63,005 nucleotides of DNA, filler included, from Octopus bimaculoides (GCF_001194135.2; 6 parts of 6 records of this genome joined end to end with filler, not necessarily neighbours in it), one strand, 5' to 3'. Counted from the first letter of the whole stretch, positions 1 to 13,001 are shown. Notes: a model not told the origin generated them from the letters alone. A program made the numbers and translations.

Positions 1-395
1 TTTTACTCTTTTACTTGTTTCAGTCTTTTGACTGTGGCCATGCTGGAGCACCGCCTTTAGTCGAGCAAATCGACCCCAGGACTTAATCTTTAGAAGCCTA
101 GTACTTATTCTATCGGTCTCTTTTGCCGAACTGCTAAGTTACAGGTACATAAACACACCAGCATCCGTTGTCAAGCGATGTTGGGGGGACAAACACAGAC
201 ACAGAAACACATACATATATATATATAAATATATATATGACGGGCTTCTTTCAGTTTCCGTCTACCAAATCCGCTCACAAGGCTTTGGTCGGCCCAAGGC
301 TATAGTAGAAGACACTTGCCCAAGGTGCCACGCAGTGGGACTGAACCCGAGACCATGTGGTTGGTAAGCAAGCTACCTACCACACAGCCACTCCT
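1..395 (-). mobile_element. tRNA-derived SINE (family A, CORE-like 'ttgggcaagt' segment)
   Basis: Reverse complement of the head aggagtggctgtgtggtaag...gggttcagtccc (A/B-box-like); same body recurs many times in the window. Confidence 0.85.
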
Positions 396-690
396 ACGCC
401 TAGTATAAAATTTTATACATGAATATATTGCTTCAACCGATAACATACAAATATATTAAACTACTTGTCCAAAAGAAGCACGCATGCGTAAAAGTGGGAC
501 AATAATGAATATATGTCATGGCAAAAGTAGGGATAAGGTTTGATTTCTTCTCGTATTTGTCAATGTGTGTGTGTGTAAGTGAAATTCCACCAATTGCTCT
601 TCTGGTTCTATGCCACTTCCACAAATTGAAGTGGGGTCCAAATTTTCATTTGTCAATTATTCTGCAATTAAATAAAGCAAAAATAGGTGT

Positions 691-1083
691 AGGAGTGGCT
701 TTGTGGTAAGTAGCTTGCTTACCAACCACATGGTCTCGGGTTCAGTCCCACTGCGTGGCACCTTGGGCAAGTGTCTTCTACTATAGCCTCGAGCCGACCA
801 AAGCCTTGTGAGTGGATTTGGTAGTCGGAAACTTGAAGAAGCCCGTCGTATATATGTATATATATATATATATGTATGTGTGTGAGTCTGTGTTTGTCCC
901 CCACAACATCTCTTGACAACCGATGCTGGTGTGTTTACGTCTCCGTAACTTAGCGGTTCGGCAAAAGAGACCAATAGAATAAGTACTAGGCTTACAAAGA
1001 ATGAGTCCTAGGGTCGATTTGCTCGACTAAAGGCGGTGCTCCAGCATGGCCACAGTCAAATGACTGAAACAAGTAAAAGAGAG
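691..1083 (+). mobile_element. tRNA-derived SINE family A, inverted relative to 1-395
   Basis: aggagtggctttgtggtaag head through tail gaaacaagtaaaagagag. Confidence 0.85.
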
Positions 1084-1565
1084 NNNNNNNNNNNNNNNNN
1101 NNNNNNNNNNNNNNNNNNNNNNNNNNNNNNNNNNNNNNNNNNNNNNNNNNNNNNNNNNNNNNNNNNNNNNNNNNNNNNNNNNNNNNNNNNNNNNNNNNNN
1201 NNNNNNNNNNNNNNNNNNNNNNNNNNNNNNNNNNNNNNNNNNNNNNNNNNNNNNNNNNNNNNNNNNNNNNNNNNNNNNNNNNNNNNNNNNNNNNNNNNNN
1301 NNNNNNNNNNNNNNNNNNNNNNNNNNNNNNNNNNNNNNNNNNNNNNNNNNNNNNNNNNNNNNNNNNNNNNNNNNNNNNNNNNNNNNNNNNNNNNNNNNNN
1401 NNNNNNNNNNNNNNNNNNNNNNNNNNNNNNNNNNNNNNNNNNNNNNNNNNNNNNNNNNNNNNNNNNNNNNNNNNNNNNNNNNNNNNNNNNNNNNNNNNNN
1501 NNNNNNNNNNNNNNNNNNNNNNNNNNNNNNNNNNNNNNNNNNNNNNAATTATATCATTATTCCCT

Positions 1566-1648
1566 AGTAAGGGTTTAGGGTTTTAGGGTTAGGGTTCGGG
1601 TTTTAGGGTTAGGGTTTTAGGGTTAGGGTTGGGGTTAAGGTTATGGTT
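1566..1648 (+). repeat. Degenerate interstitial telomere-like (TTAGGG)n tract
   Basis: ttaggg/ttttaggg/ttcggg/ttgggg units, about 12 copies, next to a gap. Confidence 0.75.
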
Positions 1649-2079
1649 GTCGTTGTTGTTGACAAACAACGGGACTAATTTTATTCAAGGGAAAAGATCC
1701 CATGACACCGTTACGGCATTAATTGTTTCCACCTCAATAGACGTCAGTGATTGGTTGAAATTACCGAAATACGACAATTTTTTACATAAAATAACTTCGA
1801 ATACAAAATTTTTTATCTGTTCTATACCACAAAATATACAAGTATACGAAGTTTGAAAGTGTTTCGGTACCAAAACACTACATAAAAAAATGTTGCCCGT
1901 CAGATCACAAGGATCCCAAACCTGCATGTATACAATCATTTAAAGTAGTATATTTAACGTCCCCTCACTGGTTATTGTAGTGTCTCATAAATATTCTGTA
2001 TTAGAAACACGTATACAATGTAAAATCTATTATAAATGAATATTATTTGTGAAATGTGTTTATATTTTGTTTTAAACAG

Positions 2080-2219
2080 ATGTTTACTTTGCGAAGAAAA
2101 TGCACCCTCTGTTACGTTCCACCCATGCCAACATACTGTGATATGTAAACCATGTTCCCAGATTAAACTGAAACGATGTCTTGATTGCCAACAAATTATA
2201 ACTTACAAAGAAGGATTTG
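2080..2219 (+). CDS. RING-finger exon (C3HC4, IAP/Mind-bomb-type) of an E3 ubiquitin ligase
   Basis: Acceptor ttttgttttaaacag, donor G|gtaag; encodes CLLCEENAPSVTFHPCQHTVICKPCSQIKLKRCLDCQQIITYKEGF = C-x2-C-x11-C-x-H-x3-C-x2-C-x7-C-x2-C. Confidence 0.85.
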
Positions 2220-2362
2220 GTAAGACTGCTATTTGATGATCTGTCTGTTTGTCCCATCGTGTGGAATAATGTAGTTTATGTTGTGTAAACTCTGATCTGT
2301 CATAATCTGGAAGACATGATGAAATACTTCCCAGATGTTTTTTGTCTGTGATAGTATATCTA

Positions 2363-3232
2363 GTGGAGGCGCAATGGCCCAGTGGTTAGGGCAGCGGACT
2401 CGCGGTTTCGATTCCCAGACCGGGTGTTGTGAGTGTTTATTGAGCGAAAACACCTAAAAAGCTCCACGAGGCTCCGGCAGGGGATGGTGGCGAACCCTGC
2501 TGTACTCTTCCACTACAACTTTCTCTCACTCTTACTTCCTGTTTCTGTTGTGCCTGTAATTCAAAGAGTCAGCCTTGTCACACTGTGTCACGCTGAATAT
2601 TCCCTGAGAACTACGTTAAGGGTACACGTGTCTGCGGAGTACTCAGCCACTTGCACCTTAATTTCACGAGCAGGCTGACCCTTTTGAATTACAGGNNNNN
2701 NNNNNCTCCACGAGGCTCCGGCAGGGGATGGTGGCGAACCCTGCTGTACTCTTCCACTACAACTTTCTCTCACTCTTACTTCCTGTTTCTGTTGTGCCTG
2801 TAATTCAAAGAGTCAGCCTTGTCACACTGTGTCACGCTGAATATTCCCTGAGAACTACGTTAAGGGTACACGTGTCTGCGGAGTACTCAGCCACTTGCAC
2901 CTTAATTTCACGAGCAGGCTGACCCTTTTGAATTACAGGCACAACAGAAACAGGAAGTAAGAGTGAGAGAAAGTTGTGGTGGAAGAGTACAGCAGGGTTC
3001 GCCACCATCCCCTGCCAGAGCCTCGTGGAGCTTTTTAGGTGTTTACGCTCAATAAACACTCACAACACCTGTCACACTGTGCCACGCTGAATATCCCCGA
3101 GAACTACGTTAAAGGGTACACGTGTCTGTGGAGTGCTCAGCCACTTGGACGTTAATTTCACGAGCAGGCTGTTCCGTTGATCGGATCAACTGGAACCCTC
3201 GACGTCGGAAGCGACGGAGTGCCAACAACAAC
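2363..3232 (+). mobile_element. tRNA-derived SINE family B, rearranged (internal duplication plus inverted segment about 2921-3070)
   Basis: Head gtggaggcgcaatggcccagtggttaggg...ggtttcgattccc; tail ggagtgccaacaacaac; 2921-3070 is the reverse complement of the SINE's own middle. Confidence 0.8.
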
Positions 3233-3543
3233 AAATTAAAATTTATTTTTATCATTATTGTGAAATTGCATAACATAGCCGTCACAGTGAGTAATGTAGA
3301 AACATGGTTAAATTAGAAGACACATTAGTTTTAACACTTTTGGCAATAAGGTACAAAAGTGCATAGTTGTTTAGTCACAAACGGGCGAGTGAATAACAAT
3401 GCATTTTGGTTGTTTTACGTTCCTTCTAAGTTTGATGAGGAGTAAATGTTATTTAGTCAGATGTCTGTTGTAATCTATTGGACCTACAATATGTCTTCCA
3501 AATATGAACAACCAGTCTGCTTGCAATGATCTTGAACCTATCT

Positions 3544-3949
3544 CTTTTACTCTTTTACTTGTTTCAGTCATTTGACTGTGGCCATGCTGGAGCACCGCCT
3601 TTAGTCGAGCGAATCGACCCCATGTCTTACTCTTTGTTAGGCCTAGTACTTATTCTATCGGTCTCTTTTGCCGAACTGCTAAGTTAACGGGGACGTAAAC
3701 ACACCAGCATCCATTGTCAAGTGATGTTGGGAGGACAAACACAGACACATAAACATACACACACACACACACACATATATATATCTATATATGACAGGCT
3801 TCTTTCAGTTTCCGTCTACCAAATCCACTCACAAGGCTTTGGTCGGCCCGAAGCTATAGTAGAAGACACTTGCCGAAGGTGCCATGCAGTGGGACTGAAC
3901 CCGGAACCATGTGGTTCGTTAGCAAGCTACTTACCACACAGCCACTCCT
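3544..3949 (-). mobile_element. SINE family A
   Basis: Same sequence as 1-395. Confidence 0.85.
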
Positions 3950-4755
3950 CCTTCACTGAGATGTTTGTTTGCTGCTGAGAAAATGATTCTCTCACTTTCT
4001 CAGATACAACGAATGATATCCTCACCATCAGCGGTCGTCTGCTTTCCCTTCTCTCATGCATTGGATACATTGTCACTGGCCATTTCATTTCTTATTTGCA
4101 GTCTGATTCACTTTGCTTTGTTAGGAAATACTTCTCATTTAAAGATTCCATTTTTACTCTGGTGATGTACCCTTGTTAAGTCCAACCCTGTTATAAAGGG
4201 ACCTAGGTTCATTTTACCACAGCACAAGCATTTGAGGGACTTCCACCTCACTAGAAAGATTGCATGGTTAAGTGTTACACGCACAAATCTGGTCTGGTCA
4301 CATTCACTAGCCAATTCCTAGAGTGTCGTGAGGGCATTTCATCATAGCACCAGAATTAGGTTATTAGCAAATTCTCATGAATTGACAATGTGTTTGTTCA
4401 TTAAAAGTGAGTGTTCAGAATTTGAGGAAAAGAATTTAGGATATGGAAGTATTGGAGTACAATGACTGGGAGTTAAAGTGAAATGAGGAGAAGAAAATTG
4501 TTACGCGGGTGAGCTGGTGAATGACAAGCGTACATAATCGGAGTTTGTGGGTCAATGTCTTTTGAACCAACAGAAGTCCTCAATGCTTTATGAGCGTCTT
4601 TAGAAATAGAATTTTGAAGACAATGTTTGTTCCAAGAACCTCAGTGCTATTTATGTTAAAGTAGGACAATCAATCTCATAATGAAATATAATCAATTTGT
4701 AGAGATAAAGAAATAACGGGATAAAATGTAAAATTTGGAAATATTTATTTTTCAG

Positions 4756-4802
4756 GTTCACCAAACATTGCAATGAAGACTGAGAAGATGTCAAGCCCAT
4801 AG
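4756..4802 (+). CDS. Candidate terminal coding exon of the RING gene (GSPNIAMKTEKMSSP*)
   Basis: Acceptor tttatttttcag, phase-1 compatible with 2080-2219; no transcript evidence. Confidence 0.45.
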
Positions 4803-5610
4803 CCAAGTATTTCAATGAAAAACATTTCTATTCATTTTAGTTTCAATTACTCTTTTGTTTGTCAACATGACTGAGAGTAATTAAAATTCTTCCTACTTTG
4901 TTTGAAAGGCTGGTGGTAAATCAGTTTTGTTTCATATCTTGATATTACTGAAATTGTATAAAATAGATATCGACGGAAGCACTGTAGAGTCAATGGATAG
5001 AATAGAAGACCCAGTAGTCATAGTAACCTCTTTTGCAACATGCAACTAAAATGTATTGTTGTTTAACCACAAACTTGTGTGTGAATAACAACACATTTTG
5101 GTTGTTTTACGTTCCTTCTAAGTTTGATGAGAAGGAACTGTTTGTAGTAACGCTGTGCGCATGCGTAGTCTCACGCATGCGTGGAATTCAACAACCAAGC
5201 TTTCCCGCTTCTATTCTGTCTCTTTCTTGCTGGCCAGCGATTGAGCATGGACGTGTTTAGCTGTCTCTCTCCATCTTTCGAACTTACGCTCGACAGCTCG
5301 CTTACATCTACATACCAACGTCCCAACAACCATGCTCACACACACAGAAGCTGTAACAACAAACAANNNNNNNNNNGTTGTATAAGTTGATAGTCTGGAG
5401 TTCAGCGTTCCGTTAATTTCTAATTTTATATAGGAAAGTCAGGTATACATCTAATGATGTAGAACCCACTTTCCTATATGTTATTTAGTCAGATGTCTGT
5501 TGTAATCCAGCAGACTGATAATAATATGCGTTCCAAATGTGAAAAACCCGTCTGAATTCAATGACAGTAAATCTTTCATTACATCCGCTAAAAATTGTCT
5601 TTATTCAACA

Positions 5611-5680
5611 GGCATATGGCATAGTGGTTAAGAGTGCAGGCTACTAACCCCAAGATTCCGAGTTCAATTCCAGGCAGTGA

Positions 5681-5728
<48 letters not shown>

Positions 5729-5910
5729 TGAAAAATACTTTGGGAATGAGAACCCTGATTCGAAATTTCTCTAAGACACCTGATGAAGGCTGGATGGAGG
5801 GTATATCAGCTGAAACGTGTTAATAACAAACAAGATGAGGACAAATATCCATCAAATGTAAATAATGTAAATAATTTACATAATTCCTCATCTCTTAAAT
5901 ATAGAACTGT
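5611..5910 (+). mobile_element. tRNA-headed SINE (family D) with (AAT)n and a Penelope-like tail containing a decayed hammerhead motif
   Basis: Head ggcatatggcatagtggttaagag...gagttcaattcc; tail gacac-ctgatga-a-ggctg...cagct-gaaac. Confidence 0.7.
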
Positions 5911-6654
5911 ACAATAGTGGTTTACTGAGATGGAAGGTTGTGGATATTTTTCAAATCGAAGTACGAAAAGCTGAAAAAAGTTCCGTGCACGAAAATGTGG
6001 CACGAAAACGTTGTCATAGATGAAGTAGAAGGATTCCTCTGCTGAGAACATGCCAGCAAATGCTCAAACTGTTTCTGCCAAGAATTCTACGAAAGGGTTT
6101 TGTGTAATGGTATCATTTGCAATGGAGTGGTGACATTGCGAAAGGAACATTGTAATTTTTCCTACGCTGATGGTTGAGGGGCTCATCCAAAAAGACTGCC
6201 TGGTCCATGTGTTGTATCCACATTCATCAATGGGCTGATGACTCCCTCTTCCGTGAACCAATACACGTACTCAAAAAAACCTTTTCCAGAGTCCTTGGAG
6301 CATTTCTTGGATCTGAGATATTTCAGCCAACTGCATAGTTTTATCAACACCCTGTGCGACTGCAGACATGGGAACAGGCAGCTTTCTAAGTCCCTCTTCA
6401 TCTATTAAAAGGTTGCGAGTGGGGTGGTATCAATAATCACCTGCAAACTAGCTTCGTCAATGTTAACATGGTGGGCACCTCTTCTGCGCACCTTGTGTAG
6501 CCCTCCACCCAGATCATAGGTGGATTGCTATCATGGATGGGGCAGTATGTCTTTTAATGCCAGTTTCAGGTAATCGGTTTGATGCCTCTCGAAGTCATCA
6601 AACATCCTTGCCCTCTCTTCATCCGATATGTGCACATATCTCACATGGGGCTAC

Positions 6655-6860
6655 ATAATTTGTTGTTGTTGAGGTCACTGCCTGGAATTGAACTCAGAAT
6701 CTTGGGGTTAGTAGCCCGTGCTCTTAACCACTACGCCATATGCCTGTGGTTCAAAATTTCCCCAAGACACCTGAAGAAGGCTGGAGGGTATATCAACTAA
6801 AATGTTGTGTTAACAACAAACAAGATGAGGACAAATATCCGTCGAATGTAAATAATGTAA
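6655..6860. mobile_element. Second family-D SINE copy; head inverted (about 6666-6744, minus) relative to tail (about 6750-6860, plus)
   Basis: Reverse-complement head followed by gacacctgaagaaggctggagggtatatc...aaacaagatgaggacaaatatcc tail as at 5775-5865. Confidence 0.7.
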
Positions 6861-7284
6861 AAGATATGGAGCACAAATGTCTTGTTTTCATAAGTTCTGA
6901 ATTAAAATCTCCCACCAAACCTTAGTCACAATTCATGTTCCTAACACAAGCTTAATGATAAGTTATCTTAATAAATCTCTTTGTTATATTTAAAGTTAAT
7001 TGAAAGAAACACAGAATATCTCCAAATAAATACAGTAACAAAAGGTTGAAGTTTTCTCAAGTGTAATTTTCAAGTTCTGTTTTTAAATTTCTTCTCCATT
7101 TTCATCCTGTATTCCATCGTCTTTCTTCACAGAATAATACCTCATAGTTTTCATGTTTCTTAAATGTTTTCCATTTCTCTGTTGACATAGTTTCCTTTTC
7201 ATATTTATAACAATCTACAAAACACATCTTTTGTATTATTATTAATGCTATTGCAGTTATTTCTCATTGTTGTATCTTTTGCAG

Positions 7285-7337
7285 GTAGGGAGTTAGAAAT
7301 TCAACCAGCACTGCAATTTCCACATCAGACCAAGTGA
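7285..7337 (+). CDS. Alternative candidate terminal exon of the RING gene (GRELEIQPALQFPHQTK*)
   Basis: Acceptor gtatcttttgcag, phase-1 compatible; no transcript evidence. Confidence 0.3.
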
Positions 7338-7681
7338 ATTTGTGTGTAAATGTTGCTGTTGTGCCCTAGATCAAGCTGGACCACACTGAGACCTACGATC
7401 ACATTCCTTACAGCCAGGACCACCCTGTCTTTATTGTAAGAGAACCGAGAACCATATTACTTACTGTGTCCTTTCAGGTGATAAATGAGGAGGATTCAGC
7501 TGCTAATTCTAGCAGATCTTAGCTATCATATAGAGATCCCTTTATTGGTGTGGTTCCCTTGCTGTAAGAGATTAGTCTGAAATAAAAATAAATTTTGTAA
7601 GGTTCATTTCTTGTTGTTGTTGTTGTTGTCGTCGGACGGTTTCAAACTCATCTGCTCATTTGTGCATGAAGTTAATCCTAA

Positions 7682-8010
7682 TGAGTTGGCAACTAAGTTC
7701 CCGCCATTTAAAAAAATTTTGGAATCTACTTTTTCAAGAATTCTATTTTGAATCATTTTGGAATCTCTTTTTTTTTTCTAGTTAATTTTAGTTAATTTTT
7801 GTTTATTTTCAGATCATTAAAATGGAATGTCAAATTAAGAAAAATGAGCATTTTCAACTCTTCCTTTTTGCTTTTAATCAAGGTTCTAAGGCCGCAAAAG
7901 CTGCTTGCGACATTTCAGCTTTGTATGGAGAGGGTGCCATAGATGAAAGAACTGCTCGTGATTGGTATGCCGAGTTCAAAAATGGAAATTTTGACCTCAA
8001 AGACATACTT
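7682..8010 (+). mobile_element. mariner transposon 5' fragment
   Basis: TIR-like gagttggcaactaagttcccgcc; N-terminal HTH MECQIKKNEHF...YGEGAIDERTARDWYAEFKNGNFDLKD. Confidence 0.85.
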
Positions 8011-8119
8011 NNNNNNNNNNNNNNNNNNNNNNNNNNNNNNNNNNNNNNNNNNNNTTAATTAATTAANNNNNNNNNNNNNNNNNNNNNNNNNNNNNNNNNN
8101 NNNNNNNNNNTGGTTATTG

Positions 8120-8400
8120 AGGGAAACACCTAAGTTTCCACGAGGCTCTGGCAGGGGATGGTGGCGAACCCTGCTGTGTTCTTTCACCACAACTTTCTCT
8201 CACTCTTTCTTCCCGTTTCTGTTCTACCTGTATTTCAAAGGGCCAGCCTTGTCACACTGTGTCACGCTGAATCTCCCCGAGAACTACGTTAAAGGTACAC
8301 GTGTCTATGGAATGCTTAGCTACTTGCACGTTAATTTCACGAGTAGGCTGTTCCGCTGATCGGATCAACTGGAACCGTCGTCGCTGCAACCGACGGAACT
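8120..8400 (+). mobile_element. SINE family B partial copy
   Basis: Matches body and tail of 2440-3230. Confidence 0.75.
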
Positions 8401-8839
8401 CTACGATTTGTGAGGAAATAGCTTTCTCCATATTCTTTGGCCAACGTAACAAGGTTTCTGTTGGAAGTTTTGAAGTGTAAAAGATCAAATGTTCATTGGC
8501 TTGTGACATATTATGTCAAGCTGAATCTGTAGGTGTGTTATATTACGGGTAAAATTATATGTTGGATACTCGATACTGAGGTAATAATTCGAAGAGTATA
8601 TTGTGCAACTATTATACATGAACTGGAATGCTCATCAAAATCATACCTTGAAGTTGAGTTTTGTAAATTGAATTCATTTACGAAACTATGAAATCCATGT
8701 GCCGAGCGATTTGCAGTCTTGTCTCTAGTTGCAGAAATCATGGTGAATCACTATTTATATGCAACTATTGTGGTTCGTACATAAAATAGTCCAAAAGTAA
8801 CGATATAAAAAAAAGGACCAGGTGAAAATAGAGTTTGAT

Positions 8840-9410
<571 letters not shown>

Positions 9411-10574
9411 ATGAAGATTATAATGGAGAAGATGCCGAACAATATAAGATGATGATGAAAGGCATCAAAGTGATGATAGTGCCGGTGAAAAGAATGATGA
9501 ATTTAACTAAGATAAATTGCAGAACAAAAAAAAAGCGAAAAAAGCAAACAATAAAACGTAATCAAAAAAGAAAAATGAAGTTTATATAGGAAAATTATGT
9601 TTCTATCATTCAGTGTATTGTTTTACCTGTTTTGCATTTTCGTTTCAATCTTTATTAAAATGAATCTTTAATTGGATCTATCAGATCTGAACGATATTTG
9701 CATAGAGATGGGCAGACAGATATGAATATATATATATATATATATANNNNNNNNNNNNNNNNNNNNNNNNNNNNNNNNNNNNNNNNNNNNNNNNNNNNNN
9801 NNNNNNNNNNNNNNNNNNNNNNNNNNNNNNNNNNNNNNNNNNNNNNNNNNNNNNNNNNNNNNNNNNNNNNNNNNNNNNNNNNNNNNNNNNNNNNNNNNNN
9901 NNNNNNNNNNNNNNNNNNNNNNNNNNNNNNNNNNNNNNNNNNNNNNNNNNNNNNNNNNNNNNNNNNNNNNNNNNNNNNNNNNNNNNNNNNNNNNNNNNNN
10001 NNNNNNNNNNNNNNNNNNNNNNNNNNNNNNNNNNNNNNNNNNNNNNNNNNNNNNNNNNNNNNNNNNNNNNNNNNNNNNNNNNNNNNNNNNNNNNNNNNNN
10101 NNNNNNNNNNNNNNNNNNNNNNNNNNNNNNNNNNNNNNNNNNNNNNNNNNNNNNNNNNNNNNNNNNNNNNNNNNNNNNNNNNNNNNNNNNNNNNNNNNNN
10201 NNNNNNNNNNNNNNNNNNNNNNNNNNNNNNNNNNNNNNNNNNNNNNNNNNNNNNNNNNNNNNNNNNNNNNNNNNNNNNNNNNNNNNNNNNNNNNNNNNNN
10301 NNNNNNNNNNNNNNNNNNNNNNNNNNNNNNNNNNNNNNNNNNNNNNNNNNNNNNNNNNNNNNNNNNNNNNNNNNNNNNNNNNNNNNNNNNNNNNNNNNNN
10401 NNNNNNNNNNNNNNNNNNNNNNNNNNNNNNNNNNNNNNNNNNNNNNNNNNNNNNNNNNNNNNNNNNNNNNNNNNNNNNNNNNNNNNNNNNNNNNNNNNNN
10501 NNNNNNNNNNNNNNNNNNNNNNNNNNNNNNNNNNNNNNNNNNNNNNNNNNNNNNNNTATATATATATATATATA

Positions 10575-11823
10575 TTGGGTTGTCCGGAAAGTTCGTGTCG
10601 ATTTTTAAGGGAAAGAAATAGGTCAATAAATACTTGCCATTACATTTTTAATCAACCAAATATGAACCATTTTGTTGCTCAATGCGTCTCCATCTTTCCT
10701 GTAACTTGAAAATACCCTCTTCCCTGAATTGAGGCGGTTTCATGGCAAAGAATACATCTTGATATCTTTTTACGTCATCTAAGAAATTGAATTTTTTTTA
10801 CAATTAAGCCTCTTCTGCATATACCTGAATAAGCGGAAATCCGAAGGACCACTATCTAGTGAATATGGATGGTGGGGTAACACATCCCAGCCGAACTGCA
10901 GCAATTTTTGTCTGGTTTCCAATGAAACGGGCGGTCTTGAATTATCATGTTGGAAAAAAACACCCTTCCTATTGGCCAATTCTGGATGTTTCTCGTCCAG
11001 TTGTGTGCAGTATTTCTCAGAATTAATTGTCTGGTTATTTGGGAGAAGCTCATAGTACTGAATCCCTTTCCAATCCCACCAGACACAAACAAGACTTTGT
11101 TAGGATGAAGACCCGCTTTTGGGGTGGCTAAGGGTGGCTCATGTCGCTTACTCCAGGATCGCTTTCTCTGAACATTTCGGTAGATAATCCATTTTTCATC
11201 ACCTGACACAATTTCCTTTAAAAAAGGCTTTTCATTCCGTTTATAAAGCGAATCACAGATAGAAATACGATCCAAAAGGTTCTTCTCACTCAACTCATGT
11301 GAAACCAAAACATCGTAGCGATTTGTGTACCGAAGATTTACCACGACGGATTCTGATAGGTTGAGGCTTTCTGTCAATTCTTGGGTTGTGCAATGGGGTT
11401 TATTCTCAATTAATGACATGATTTGGTCATCATCTGTACTGGATAGTCTGCCTGATCGCTTTTTATCAATAAGGCTGCACTCTCCAGCTCGGAATCTTGC
11501 GAAAGACTGCCGTACATTTCTTTCGGATAAAGAAACATTACCGTAATCTGCGCATTTTTCTTTGGTTGCTTGTGAGGCATTTTTCCCTTTACGGAAAAAG
11601 AAAAGCATCAAGTGCCGAAAATGAACTTTCTTATCTTCCATTTTTAAGAGTTACAGAATTAACATAGGTTATAGGAACATAAACCTTCTTCCACAAAAAT
11701 ATAGCTTAAACTGTGCTCTAAATGGAGGTGTAGACAAATCCTATTTTATGAACTCAACCATGTTCTAAAATATGTCGAAATGTAAGCTACTATAAATCGG
11801 CACGAACTTTCCGGACAACACAA
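10575..11823 (-). mobile_element. Near full-length mariner (DD34D) element with frameshifted transposase pseudogene
   Basis: TIRs ttgggttgtccggaaagttcgtgtcgattt / aaatcggcacgaactttccggacaacacaa, TA on both sides; MEDKKVHFRH..., GDEKW, QHDN-34aa-PSD; frameshifts near 11090 and 10790. Confidence 0.95.
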
Positions 11824-12916
11824 TATATATGTGTGTGTGTGTATGTGTGTGTGTCTGTCCCCCACAGCATCGCTTGACAACCGATACTGATGTATTTACA
11901 TCTCCGTAACCTAGCGGTTTGGCAAAGAACATCTTGATAATCGGTGTTGGTGTGCTTACCTGTATTTCGATATTACAACATAGTTAAAGTAGCAATGTTC
12001 GAAAATATATTTTCAGAATGATTAAAGACAAGAAGAGAATTTGAGCACATGTCGTTGAGGAAAGTGATAATACTGTGTAGAAAGTTTGTTGATAATTCCG
12101 AGGAGTTCAAAAGTTCAGTCATTTATATCCCTGGGTACAATGTTCTACAAATTTGAAATTGCAAATTGGCTGGGGATATACTTAAACTTTTGATGTTAAC
12201 CGCCATTGATTGTTACCGTTAAACACATAAGAATGCATTCCAGTCTCTGAAAGGCTTGGCTATGTCTTCTGTAGCTATATGAGCAGCTTCTGGCGTCTCA
12301 TTATAAATCCAAAGATAGACACAGACAGAAACATACAAAAACAGTCACACACACAAACACAGACACTCAGAGACAGAGTCAGAGACAGAGACACACAGAC
12401 ACATATGTGCGTGTGTGTGTTTGTGGGGTTCATGAACGTGCGTATGCATATGAGTACATGTGTAGAAATGCGTATGTATATTTGCACGGGGATATAGGTA
12501 TATGTGAGACGCATTTGAAAGAAGCAATGAGAAGCAAAATATATACAAACAGATTGGTAAAGAGACAGAGATATCTATATGGATAGAGAGATTAATACAC
12601 ATTTCAGTGATATAACAACCTTTATTTCTTTGGTTTTGCTGACATATCATGGCGAGAAAGACATTTAGATTTTATGAAAAATATATTCATTAATTGTTTA
12701 AAATTTTAGAATCAGTTTCGTGAAAATTAATTAGACAACTCAGATATACTCCAGTTTCTAGATGTGTTTGCTCAAATATTAGCGCACACCAATCAATATA
12801 CACTTACATTTTTATATAAAATTACATATATGCGGATACATGTGCATATATATGCATATCTTGTACCTATTGAATCACATCAGATACACACAGGTATATA
12901 TGTACTAACATATATG

Positions 12917-13001
<85 letters not shown>

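Noticed and set aside
657-974. Recurrent ORFs such as RRASFSFRLPNPLTRLWSARGYSRRHLPKVPRSGTEP
   Set aside because: Translations of SINE family A, not a protein family.
2466-2940. Exact tandem duplication of a SINE segment around a 10-N gap (similar case 54466 vs 55162)
   Set aside because: Near-identical sequence on both sides of a small gap is typical of unmerged contig overlap.
5611-5683. tRNA-like sequence (apparent ACT anticodon)
   Set aside because: Poor acceptor stem and attached to a SINE body; SINE head rather than a tRNA gene.
8055-8066. TTAATTAATTAA islands centred in N gaps (also 15677, 39380, 46992, 59303)
   Set aside because: An identical 12-mer with stops in all six frames and symmetric N flanks is an assembly linker, not biology.
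9655-10626. Long ORFs consisting mostly of X (here and at every other gap)
   Set aside because: Artefacts of translating N runs.
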